This document shows, one piece after another, positions 1 to 10,849 of a DNA stretch of 58,344 bases. A program made the position numbers and the translations under genes. Position 1 is the stretch's first letter. Every line of letters begins with the position of its first letter. Location: contig NC_057717.1 in assembly GCF_004010195.1 (NCBI RefSeq), positions 102,516,849 through 102,575,192 of the forward strand, in the 5' to 3' direction. Origin of the DNA: Chiloscyllium plagiosum. Its lineage: Eukaryota. The notes under the pieces were generated by a model. The model made no database searches. It was not told the DNA's origin and was given only the letters and a program-made list of their open reading frames with translations.

Positions 1-36
1 ACCTTTAAGGGTCATGCTCCTGACATCATCGCTGTG

Positions 37-209
37 TCATGGCATGTGGTCCAATGGCATAAAACTCTCATACTCCATCTCACTGAGCTTTGTCCCCTTG
101 GAGCATGTCACACTGAGGGAAGGATGATGTAGGATATCTGAATGACTTCTGTCTAGCTCAGACATACAAGAACCTTGTGATTGTAATGTAGGTATGTAGA
201 TATCAGGTG
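37..209 (-). other. Candidate terminal coding exon of an unidentified gene (APDIYIPTLQSQGSC...EYESFMPLDHMP*)
   Basis: Non-repeat-looking sequence; on the minus strand tattttattacag| is followed by an open phase-1 frame of 57 codons to TGA; no family recognised. Confidence 0.2.
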
Positions 210-404
210 CTGTAATAAAATATGGTTGCATTTTTCAATATGACATGACCTACATCTCCTCTCTATGGACCTAACATTAGTATTATAGCGTGATAGTGGG
301 CTAACATCAATATACCTCAATACCTCATTGCAACACAACTTTTGAGCCCCAATTCAGTTCCTTGTTCAACACCAGCTATTACAATTAGAAGGTAGAACAT
401 AGAA

Positions 405-1010
405 ACTTTATAAGACTTTGGTTAGGTCACACTTAGAGTATTGTGTTTTATTCTGGTCACCACATTACAGGGAAGGATGTGGGGAGGCTTTGGAGAGGGT
501 GCAGAAGAAGTTTACCAGGATGCTGCCTGGATTAGAGGGTATAAGCTATAAGGAGAGGCTAGAAAAACTCGACTTGTTTTCTCTGGAGTGGTGGAGGCTG
601 AGGGGAGACTTAATAGACATACGTAGATAGGTTTGACAGTCAGGATCTTTTTCCCAGAGTTGAAATGTCTAATACTGGAGGTGGGGGGGGGGGGGCATGC
701 ATTCAAGGTGAGAGGGGGAAAGTTCAAAGGGGATGAAAGGGGAAAAGTTCAAAGGGGATGCGAGGGGCAGGTTTTTTACACAGAGAGGGGTGGGAGTGTG
801 GAATGTGCTGCCAGAGTTGGTGGTGGAGGCAAATACAATAAGGACTTTTAAGGATCCTTTAGTTAAGCACATGAAAATGCAAGGAATGGAGGGATATGGA
901 CCAAGGGTGGATGGAAGGGATTCGTTTAATTTGATGTCATGTTCGGCACAACATATTGAGCTGAAGGGCCTATTCCTCTGCTGTGCTGTTCTATGATCTA
1001 TATTCTATGT
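405..1010 (+). mobile_element. CR1-clade LINE 3' fragment (HER1-like)
   Basis: ORF2 C-terminal peptides VRSHLEYCVLFWSPHY, LERVQKKFTRMLPGL, RLRGDLI; tail gaagggcctattcctctgctgtg...ctatgatctat. Confidence 0.9.
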
Positions 1011-1509
1011 ACAATTCATACAAATTCAATGATTGAAATGACTCCCAATATTTACTTTCTTATCATGTCGAACATGTGGTAAAATAAATATTGGGAATGG
1101 GCTGTGGATCAGGAATTGCTGATCAAGCTCCAACTACACAGATAATCAGCCTGGGATCCCCTTCAAACCATGACCTGGAATTGAAAGTCTATCGTCTGGA
1201 TGGAAAACATTCCTGATCTCAGACAATAAACAATTCAAGACAAAGGCTGTTGTTTTGTGGTTATCAAGGGAATGAATCGATTTGGGAATAGTTGGGCAGC
1301 TGGATTTTAAGTTAGAAGTTCACTCGTGAGTATAGAACATTGTAGAACAGGTTTGAAGGGCTGAATGGTCTACACTTGCTTTTAGTTCTTCATTCCTTCA
1401 ATTTCTCTTCACTCCAAATATCCGCCAGGTGAGGAAATGTTGGATGGGCAGTCAATGGATGAATAAATAAATAAATACAAAAAAAAACAAGTGAAGAAAG
1501 GTAATCTCC

Positions 1510-1830
1510 AAAAATCAAACAGGAGCCACACCACCTACATGTTCCCTTCAAGTTCTACACCAGCTCAATTTGAAAGAGTATCACTGGTCCTTCATTGTCA
1601 CTGGGATTGCAGAATCCCCTCCTTAGCATCGCTTTGGTTCTACCGATACCACATGGTCTGCAGGAGCTTGAGAAGATAGTACAGCACTACTATCACCACT
1701 GCAACTGGAGATGGATGACAAATGCTGCCCTGACTGAAGACACTTCCATCTTACAAATGACTGAAAAGGACAAGAGATGAAGAAAGGAAGGGCATCATTG
1801 ATGGTGTTCCACCCGGGTCTCTGTATACAT
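1510..1830 (+). mobile_element. Decayed 3' end of a second LINE family plus flank (duplicated at 4579-4810)
   Basis: Similar to LINE tails at 11690-11945 and 22460-22690. Confidence 0.55.
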
Positions 1831-2382
1831 CACAGTTTGGATTTTAACACGTGGATCATTTGAACGCGCAAAGTAACACAAGGCAAGATGGAATTAGAAT
1901 TGAGCTCAAAACTGTTACACATACAAACCAAACGGTGCAGGAGAGATTTAATCTACTTTTTTGTCTGTAAATTGCTCAGATGATCCTCTGCATTACAGAT
2001 TCTTTCCATTAAGTTCAGTATGGTGTCATTAAGCCAACCACAGAGTCAGTTCTATTTACATTCCAGCATGATGGTTTATCTACTCTTACCACTATACTGT
2101 TGGTGCCTGATGTTCTGCTGTGTAGTTAGCTATCCCTGAAAGCAACCATAATAAGGAATTCTCATTTTCGATTGGTTTTTGGCTTAGTCTGGCTTACACG
2201 TGACCCTTGACCCACAGTAATATGGTTGGCTCTTAACAACCCTCTGGGCTGTGAGAGTTGAGAAATAAATGGCTACACCCCATGAACAATTTCTTGAAAA
2301 GAATAAAATTATGAAGCACAAGTCTGGTATTACTGATTTGTAAGGTAGTCTCAGGCACCCCATCAAATATAAAGTGTTCTTG

Positions 2383-2885
2383 AAGCAAAAATAGAGAAAC
2401 TCAGCAGATTGGGCAACATCTGTATGGAATGAAAGCAGAGTTATTCTTTTAAGTAGATTAGAATAGATTTCCCGACAGTGTGGAAACAGGCCCTTCGGCC
2501 CAGCAAGTCACACTGACCCTCTGAAGAGTAATCCACCCAGACCCATTTCCCTCGTGATTAATGTACCTAACACTCTGGGCAATTTAGCATGGCCAATTCA
2601 CCCTAACTTGCACACCTTTGGACTGTAGGAGGAAACCGGAGCACCTGGAGGAAACCCACACAGACACGGGGAGAATGTGCAAACTCCACATAGACAGTTG
2701 CCCAAGGCTGGAATTGAACCTGGGTCCCTGGCGCTGTGAGGCAGTAGTGCTAACCACTGAGCCACCGTCTCGTGTGACCCAGCCTCTCAGTCACTGGAAT
2801 CGAAACATTAACTCTGCTTCTCTATCCACAGATACAGCCAGATCTGCTGAGTTTCTTCAGCAACATCTGTTTTTGTTTCAGCTCT
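2383..2885. mobile_element. Hammerhead lineage B fold-back element split by an HE1 SINE
   Basis: Left arm gagaaactcagcagattgggcaacatctgt...gcagagtta; right arm gaaacattaactctgc...cagatctgctgagtttc is its inverted counterpart. Confidence 0.6.
2458..2768 (-). mobile_element. HE1-like tRNA-derived V-SINE
   Basis: Minus strand: A box tggctcagtgg, B box ggttcaattcc, V-domain core gtggagtttgcacattctccccgtgtctgtgtgggtttcctcc, CR1-like tail gggccgaagggcctgtttccacactg. Confidence 0.9.
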
Positions 2886-3017
2886 TGATTGTCCATGGTT
2901 CTTTGTTTTATTCTAGAGACTTCCACCCTGCTCAGCAGCCAAAGATGGACAATTAACTGTTCCTGCTGCGTTTCCATACCAAAGATAGCCCAGTCAATGA
3001 TCACCCTGTAAATGGGT

Positions 3018-3385
3018 CTACAAAATTACGAGGGGCATGGATAGGATAAATAGACAAAGTCTTTTCCCTGGGGTCAGGGAGTCCAGAACTAGAGGGCATA
3101 GGTTTAGGGTGAGAGGGGAAAGATATAACAAGGACCTAAGGGGCAACCTTTTCATGGAGAAGGTGGTACGTGTATGGAATGAGCTGCCAGAGGAGGTGGT
3201 GGAAGCTGGTACAATTGCAACATTTAAAAGGTATTTGGATGGGTATATGAATAGGAAGGGTTTGGAGGGACATGGGCCGGGCGCTGGCAGGTGGGACTAG
3301 GTTGGGTTGGGATATCTGGTCGGCATGGACGGGTTGGACCAAAGGATCTGTTTCCGTGCTGTACATCTCTATGATTCCATGACTG
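3018..3385 (+). mobile_element. CR1-clade LINE 3' fragment
   Basis: MDRINRQSLFPGVRESRTRGHRFRVRGER...WNELPEEVVEAGTIATFKRYLD; tail ctgtttccgtgctgtacatctctatgattc. Confidence 0.9.
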
Positions 3386-4044
3386 TAAATGCGCTGTGTA
3401 AATTGGCATCCCTTTTACCAGGTTTCTTTGTAATGTTCTAATCCTGATGAGACGAAAAAAGCTTTGATTTTTCTTTCCTCTCTGTACTTTTAGTAATGTT
3501 TATGGTTTAAGATGGGAAAGGGTATCAGTAACACCAAAACAAGCTGAGTCCCATCACTAAGGTGGGTTTTGCAGATTTTTATAAACGACAACCATCGGTT
3601 TTTCTCTCGCTAAAGGGTTATCTTTGCTTAGCTTTGGCAACACAACAACTTTCAAGTGGTCATTGCTTTCATCTTCTGCCAAGTTTCCCTCCTGGTGGTG
3701 AGTCTTAGGTTACAAAGCGTCTGAAAGTTTCTGGTGCCAGGTTCATAGAATTGTAGAGTACAGGAGCAGCCCTTTGGCCCATTGTGTACTGCCTCAAGGG
3801 TTGTACACTCCAAGCAATAGCCAAACTCTCTCTCGAAACACAAAGTGAAAATGTCACACCATCCCTTCATCATTGCTGATTCAAAGCTATGGAACTTTTA
3901 AGAAGGCAGCTCACCACATGGAGTTTAAGAAGGCTACTCACCACTGCAATACAATGAGAACAGTCATGAGAGTAACACCATGAAGTATCAAAGGCTGTTA
4001 GCAATGAGGGGACGACTGAGAAGGGGAAGGATTAGTCTCCTCAC

Positions 4045-4360
4045 TGAGGAATATAGAATCATATAATCCCCACAATGCGGAAAGAGGCCATTCAGCCCAT
4101 CAGGTCTGCACCAACCCACTAGCCCCCTACCCTATCCCCATATTTTCCCATGGCTAACCCACCTACATATCCCTGGATGCTATGAGCAGTTCAGCACGGC
4201 CAATCCACCTAACCAGCACATCTTTGGACTGTGGGAGGAAACTGGAGCACCCTGAGGAAACGTACGAATACCCGGGCAAAATGTGCAAACTCCATACCAA
4301 GTTGAACCTGGGTCCCTGGAGTAGTAAGGCAGCAGTGCTAACCACTGAGCCACCGTGCTA
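4045..4360 (-). mobile_element. HE1-like V-SINE
   Basis: Same head, V-core and tail as 2458-2768. Confidence 0.85.
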
Positions 4361-4424
4361 CCCATGGTATTTGCATGAACGTACCTGCATGCACTTACAG
4401 AAAAAGAACGGTTCATCACCACCT

Positions 4425-5835
4425 TAGAGTGATAGACAGACCCTTTGGTCCAACTCATCCATGCTGACCAGACATCCCAATCTGACCTAGTCCCATTTGC
4501 CAGCATTTGGCCCATATCCCTCGAACTTCGTCCCATTCATGTACCCATCCAGCTGCTATTTAAATGTTGTAATTGTACCTGGGATCCCAGAGTCCCCTCC
4601 TTAGCGTCACTTTGGTTCAACCTATACCACATGATCTGCAGGAGCTTCACAAGACAGCACAGCACTACCATCATTTTGGCAATTAGAGATGGATGACAAA
4701 TACTGCTCTGACTGAAGAAACTTCCATCTTACGAATGATTGAAAAGGACAAAAGATGAAGAAAGAAGAGGCATCGTTGATTTTGTTCCATCCTGGGCTCT
4801 GTGTAGATGATAATGTTGGGCCAAACATGAATCCAAATTAAACTAATCTCATCGGCCTGCTCTTGGTCCCTATCCCTCTATTCCTTGCATATTCATGTGC
4901 TGATATAAAAGTCTCTTAAAAGCCTACATCAAATTTGCCTCCACCCCACCCAGCAGTGCGTTCCACACTCCTACCACTCTCTGTGTAAAAAAACTGCCTC
5001 TCACATCTCCTTTGAACTTTCCCCCTCTCACCTTAATTCGACATTTTAACCCTGGGAAAAAGATACTGACTGTCCACCCTACCTATGAATCTCATAATTT
5101 TATAGATTTCTACCAAGTCTCCACCACTTCCTCTGGCAGCTCGTTCCATACACGCACCAACCTCTCCGTGAAAAGGTTACCTCTCTGGTCATTTTTAAAT
5201 CTTTCCCCTCTCACCTAAAAGCCCCAGCCCATTCAGCCTCTTGCTATAGCTCAAACCCTCTAGTCTCTCCTCAAGGGCAACTAGCAATAGGTAATAAATG
5301 CTGGTGCAGCCAGTAATGCCCACATTCCATGGATGAATTAAAATAAGGACTAGGGCGGTTCATCACCACCTTACAGAAAGTGATATAGATAAAAAGACTT
5401 AGCAGAGATCTTCCAGTGGTTGACATTAGTCATTCATTGGGAAGAGCTCAGAAATTACAAGCCACAAGTTACTATAGGAAACATAGATAGAGTCATAGAG
5501 TCATACATCACTGAAATAGACCCTTCAGTCCAACCAATCCATGCTGACCATAATCCCAAACTAAACTAGACACAGTATCCCAGAAGAGACCTCATCAATG
5601 TCCTGAACAACCTCAACATATCTCAAAGGTCTGAGCAATGAAGGTAAGTGTGTTAAACGCCTTCTTAACCGCCCTGCCTATATGTGATGCAAACTTCAAA
5701 GAATGTTTACCTAAACCCCAAGGTCTCTCTGTTCTACAGCACTGCCCAAGTCCTGCCCTAGTTTGTTTTACCAAAATGCAACACCTCATGTTTATCCAAA
5801 TTAAAATCCATCTGCCACTTTTCAGCCCATTGACC
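4425..5835 (-). mobile_element. Cluster of CR1 3' fragments (about 4425-4578, 4820-5260, 5485-5835)
   Basis: Antisense CR1 tails (gagtcatagagtcatac, gacccttcagtccaac) and ORF2 pieces (RAVKKAFNTLTFIAQT). Confidence 0.8.
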
Positions 5836-6174
5836 TTATTGCTAGCTGCAGAATGGAACCCCAAGTCTCAGGTGTGTTGACAACGCAACTCTGCCCTCTC
5901 CAGGGCAGTTAGGAATGGGCTGGTCTGATTGGCTGTGCCCCAAATAAAATTAAAAAGAACCCAACCTTAATTTTGAAGGATGCATGTGCCGTTTTGCTTC
6001 CAAAGTGCCACAAACATTCATTCAAGGCTGGGGAGATGAGGGCTGTTGGGGTCTGTAATGAGGTGTTTGAGCAGGATTCCCATTTTTCGTGAATCACAGC
6101 AAGTTATTTGTTTTGAAGATGTGAAGGGGACCCTGCAGCTAACAAGATTAGAGGCTGCAGCAAGGGAACTGGAT

Positions 6175-6730
6175 GGTTTGATAATTGGATGTAGGTTTGC
6201 TCGCTGAGCTGAAAGGTTCAGTTTGAGATGTTTCGTTACCTTATTAGGTAACATCTTCAGTGGACCTCAGGCGAAGCAATGCTGAAAATTCCTGCTTTCT
6301 ATTTACATGTTTGGGTTTTTTTGGGTTGGTGATATCATTTCCTGTGGTGATGTTATTTCCTGTGATGAAATAACTTCCTGTTCCTTTTCTCAGGGGATGG
6401 TAGATGGGATCTAACTCGATGTGTTTGTTGATAGAGTTCTGGTTGGAATGCCATGCTTCTAGGAATTCTCGTACGTGTCTCTGTTCGGCTTGTCCTAGGA
6501 TGGATGTATTGTCCCAGTCGAAGTGGCGTCCTTCCTCATCCATATGTGAGGACACTAGTGAGAGAGGGTCATACCTTTTTGTGACTAGTTGGTGTAGATG
6601 TATCCTGGTGGCTAGTTTTCTGCCTGTTTGTCCAATGTAGTGTTTGTTGCAGTCCTTCCAAGCTATTTTGTAAATGACATTGGTTTTGCTCACTGTCTGT
6701 ATAGGGTCTTTCAAGTTCATTAGCTGCTGG
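6175..6730 (-). mobile_element. Penelope-like element, 5'-truncated: GIY-YIG endonuclease plus 3' pseudo-LTR tail
   Basis: QQLMNLKDPIQTVSKTNVIYKIAWKDCNKHYIGQTGRKLATRIHLHQ...HFDWDNTSILGQAEQRHVREFLEAWHS; the upstream part of ORF 6244-6999 runs into unrelated sequence. Confidence 0.9.
6227..6264 (-). ncRNA. Minimal hammerhead ribozyme motif, lineage D (Penelope 3' end)
   Basis: CTGAAGA-t-gttacc-taataa-ggtaac-GAAACATC; stem I decayed. Confidence 0.65.
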
Positions 6731-7828
6731 TTTGATAATTGCACAATCTCATGAAAGCAGAGGGTGAAGTGAAGTGTGAGGCTTACAAGGCAACATGCGG
6801 TCATCAAATTCAACGTGACAGCAGTAAACATCCGATGGCTGAAATAAAGAGAGAGAAGGTACACCAAGAATGATCGGAACATTGGATTTGATGAAGAGGT
6901 GCTGCCACAGAGTCCATAAATTTCTTTAAAAGGGAGTTGGGTTGCTTCATAAAGAAGATTAAAGGATTCAGGGGAGAATGGGATTAAACCAATTGGCACA
7001 GACTGAAAAATATTAGCTTCAACATAATGGCCCAGATGGTCTGTTTCAGTGTTTGAACAGTCTCTGAAGCTACATGCCCATACTTGTTCAAGTTATGAAA
7101 TAGGAAATTGCTGGTTTTCTTTCTTTCAGCACAAGTTACTGTTGAGCCTTTAAAAGCATGCACGGCAGACACGAGAAGGGACTGACTGCGTGTTAATGAT
7201 GCTTCCAGCTCAATCGCAAGTTTCAGCAATCTCACAGCCTCCAGCACAATACTCACACATGCACAGGCAGGGCAAGTGAGTGTCTCATTTCTGCTTCGCA
7301 CACAGCCCAATGAACCAAAATACTCCTCACGGGGACGTTTCTCAATCCCTTTTCCAGGGACTAGGAGCTAGCTCTGCCTGGGTCACACTGACAGCTTCTA
7401 ACGCACGAGACGCTTGAGGTTTATTCGAAGGGCCAAATGATGTGTGGGGAGTCCAAGTCACCGTCTTCTCTGAGCAGGAAGAAACCCCTTCCATCGGGGT
7501 TGTCACATTGGACAAGTCAGTTCAGTTTGCATAAAAAACGTTCCCAAAAAACACCAATCTGACAAAGGCTGGATAATCTTAGTTTGCGACTTTGATGAAA
7601 AGCTATACTAGCCAGGTCATCTGGTACACCTCGTGTGCTTCACGTTGAAATGGTGCTTTGGGTTATTTCATGGCATCCTCAGAGAGCGGTTGGGATTCAG
7701 TAACATTTCGTCTTTAAGGTTACATCCTAGGCAGTCTAACATTCAGTGCCTGAGCCTAGGATTTGTCCTCAAGTCCATGACTTGAGGATGGCACGGCGGC
7801 TCATCCTTAAGCGCTGCTGCCTCATAGC

Positions 7829-7960
7829 GGGAGAAAGTGAGGACTGCAGATGCTGGAGACCAGAGTTGAAAAATGTGGTGCTGGAAAAACACAGCAGGCC
7901 AGGCAGCATCCAAGGAGCAGGAGAGTCGATGTTTCGGGCATAAGCCCTTCTTCAGGAATT
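7829..7960 (-). mobile_element. Short Penelope-tail element with lineage A hammerhead (single arm)
   Basis: Minus strand CTGAAGA-a-gggc-ttat-gccc-GAAACATC followed by the family tail ...ctgcagtcctcactttctcc. Confidence 0.8.
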
Positions 7961-7974
7961 GATCACAGCGTCAG

Positions 7975-8905
7975 GGACCTATCGGAAGGATGCTGTGAAA
8001 CTTGGAAGATTCACAAGGATGTTGCCTGGATTGGAGGATTTGAGCTATAGGGAGAGGCTGAATAGGCTGGGGCTGTTTTCCCTGGAGCATTGGAGGCTGA
8101 GGGCTGACCTTATAGATGTTTATAAAATCATGAGGGTCATGTGTAGGGTAAACAGACAAAGTTTTTTCCCTGGGGTGGGGGAAGCAAAACTAGGGAGCAT
8201 AGGTTTATGGTGAGAGGGGAAAGACTTAAAAGGGACCTATGGGGCAACTTTTCATGCAGAGTGTGCTGCATGTGTGGAATGAGCTGCCAGAGGAAGTGGT
8301 GGAGGCTGGTACAATTACAACATTTAAAAGGCATCTGGATGGGTACATGAATAGGAAGGGTTTGGAGGGATATGAACCAGGTGCTGGCAAATGGGACTAG
8401 ATTAGGTTAGGATATCTGGTCAGCTTTGACAAGTTGGACCAAAGTGTCTCTTTCCGTGCTGAACATCTCTATGACTCTATGACTGTGTGGGGTTTGCACA
8501 TTCTCCCTGTGTCTGCATGGGTTTCCTCCGGGTGCTTTGGTTTCCTCCCACAGTCTAAAAATGTGCAGGTTATGGTGGATTGGCTCAGCTAAGTTGCTCC
8601 ATAGTATCCAGGGATGTGCAGGCTAGGGGGAGGGGTTAGCCATGGTGAAATCTCTCCCCTCTCACCGTAAATCTATGTCCCTAATTTTGGACTCCAGTAT
8701 CTGGGGAAAATAACTTGGCTATTCACTTTATCTATGCCCCTCATGATTTTATTTACCTCTGTAAGGTCACCCCTCAGCCTCTGACGCTCCAGGTAAAACA
8801 GCCCCAGCCTATTCAGCCTCTCCCCATAACTCTAACCCTCCAACCCTGGCAACATCTTTGTAAATCTTTTCTGAGCCCTTTCAAGATTCACAACATCTTC
8901 TTTAT
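7975..8905. mobile_element. CR1 3' fragment (+, 7975-8483), partial HE1 SINE (+, 8483-8650), CR1 fragment (-, 8650-8905)
   Basis: YRKDAVKL...FTRMLPGLEDLSYRERLNRLGLFSLE; V-core sequence; antisense ORF2. Confidence 0.85.
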
Positions 8906-8952
8906 CAGTGGTTTGGCTACTTAAGTTGACTATGTTCACGCTTACACTAATA

Positions 8953-9113
8953 CAGAGGAACCTTGATTTTCCAGCATTCAATTATCTGAATATCAGATTT
9001 CCCGGCAAGATCACAAGGTCCCAATGCTCGGCTAAAGCATGTTATCCAGCATTCGCTTATCCGGAATTCGATTAACCGAATGAAATACTCCCCGGCCATG
9101 TCCTTCGGAGATT
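8953..9113. mobile_element. TcMar/Tigger-like MITE, one end decayed; inverted copy of 51456-51628
   Basis: ta|cagaggaacctt terminus; internal ttatccggaattcgattaaccgaa; interior is the reverse complement of the 51.5-kb copy. Confidence 0.75.
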
Positions 9114-9289
9114 CCAGATGAGCGTTTATCTACTCCCTTTCAGGGGAAACGTGGAGAGAATTTACGGCCCAGAGGCAGACCATTTCTGGACCTCCTCCCA
9201 TCCAATATCATCTGACCTTATCCTTCTGTCCCTCACTTGGAGTCACGCGCAATTCCGCGATTAACAAATCCTATTTGTTGTGAACCAGC

Positions 9290-9535
9290 AAGAATTAACA
9301 ATCAGGACAGACAGAAACATGGGACAGAGAGTATGGAAAGGGTCAAGAATCAACCTTCATACATAGCAGATGAGAAGACAACTCTGAAAAGCGGGCAGTC
9401 AGCACAGGACTGAGGGTGTTGTACTTAAAATGCACACTGTATACAAAACAAGGTCAATGCGCTTATAGCACAAATTGAAACTGGTGCATATGATATTGTG
9501 GGTATCATAGAGACGTGGCTGAAAGGGATGCAATT
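9290..9535 (+). mobile_element. CR1 ORF2 apurinic-like endonuclease N-terminal remnant
   Basis: Frameshifted LRVLYL.NAHCIQNKVNALIAQIETGAYDIVGIIETWLKG (NARS...ETW motif). Confidence 0.75.
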
Positions 9536-10849
9536 GTATAACCATTACACTACCGACATCCCTGAGCTGATGATAAAGTTCTCTCAATTGCAATTTTACC
9601 AGAGATACATAGAAGGAAGGTTTTGTGTTAGCAGTTTGAGGGAGTGTTAATGCAAGCCTTCTCATTATAACATTTGAGTCATTTCTACATTAGGAACTTG
9701 GACAAATGCCTCTGAAGTGAGCTGTGGATGCCAAGTGTGAGAACAGGAGACTGAAGGCACAGTCAGATGCTACTTTTGCGGCTGAGGTGGGGTTTAGTTG
9801 GTGAGGCTCCTCAGACTTTAGGATTGTAAAAAACACAGTCTCAGTCAGAGCAAAGGAGACTTGCAGTAGACCAGAACTCGGAAAGGAGAGTTGGGTGGGT
9901 TCAGATTCTCTTGCAGTTTGAGAACTCTCTTTCTTGGCATGTTCCACTATCATTTCAGATGAATTCACAATGGGGATATTCAGCCAGTGTCTGCCTCCAG
10001 AAATGTGCTCGATCATTGTTTTCCCTTTTACGGAGATGATCCACTCATCAGCTAATGGTCCAGTACTTACCTCAAGACGTGGGAGAAACTGGGCACCTCC
10101 TAAAAGTCACAGGGAACGTCAAAAACCCAAAACAAAATCTAACTTTTTCCAGATTCACCTCCTACTTCTTTCCCACTGTGATTCTGACAGAAACTTCCTC
10201 TGAATTTCTGCAAAGGGCAGACTGTGGGTGTATGCAGGAACAATCCAGTCGCTCTCTTCCTCCCCCTCCCTTTGCTCCTGACTGACTTGGTTCTGATTTT
10301 TAATTTAAATCCAGTATGCACTGTTTGTTGTAGATGTTATATGTGGAGGGAGAGAGAGAACGCTCCCAGGATACAAAGTTTTTTTTTGGTTTTGCTGTGA
10401 AATCATGGAAAATACTGCCAGAAAATGTGGGCCTAAATCATTCTTTCCTGGCTTCGGCACCCCCCTTGGTCACCCAGCCCAGGTTTAATTTGCTTGTGTG
10501 AACTCAGATATAATCCCCGTTTCTACCATTCATGGCTTCATAATGCAGTCACACAGTTGGGTAATACCTTGTGGTTTAAAGCTTTGAAGGGATGCTTTCA
10601 AAACCTCTGCAACATGTTAGGAAGTTAACAGAAGTTTGTTTCAGATTGCCCATTGAGCTGCAAATCTCTTGCAGCAATTCTGTGAATAGAAGACCCAAAA
10701 GGTTGCAGTCACAGTTATATTAATGTCAATTATGAGATGGGATTTTAGGGAGAGGTGAGTTGCTAAAAGAAACCCTGTATATATCATTGAGAGAAGGAAT
10801 TTTTGATTTCATCCCATCCTTTTTAATGTGTGCTGGGGCTCAGTTGGTT

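Noticed and set aside
3440..3470. cctgatgagacgaaaaaagc as a hammerhead
   Set aside because: No adequate stem II or stem I; at most a heavily deleted remnant
6244..6999. 251-aa ORF as an intact gene
   Set aside because: Only the C-terminal part (from about 6730) is Penelope GIY-YIG; the N-terminal part is chance read-through of unrelated sequence, and there is no RT
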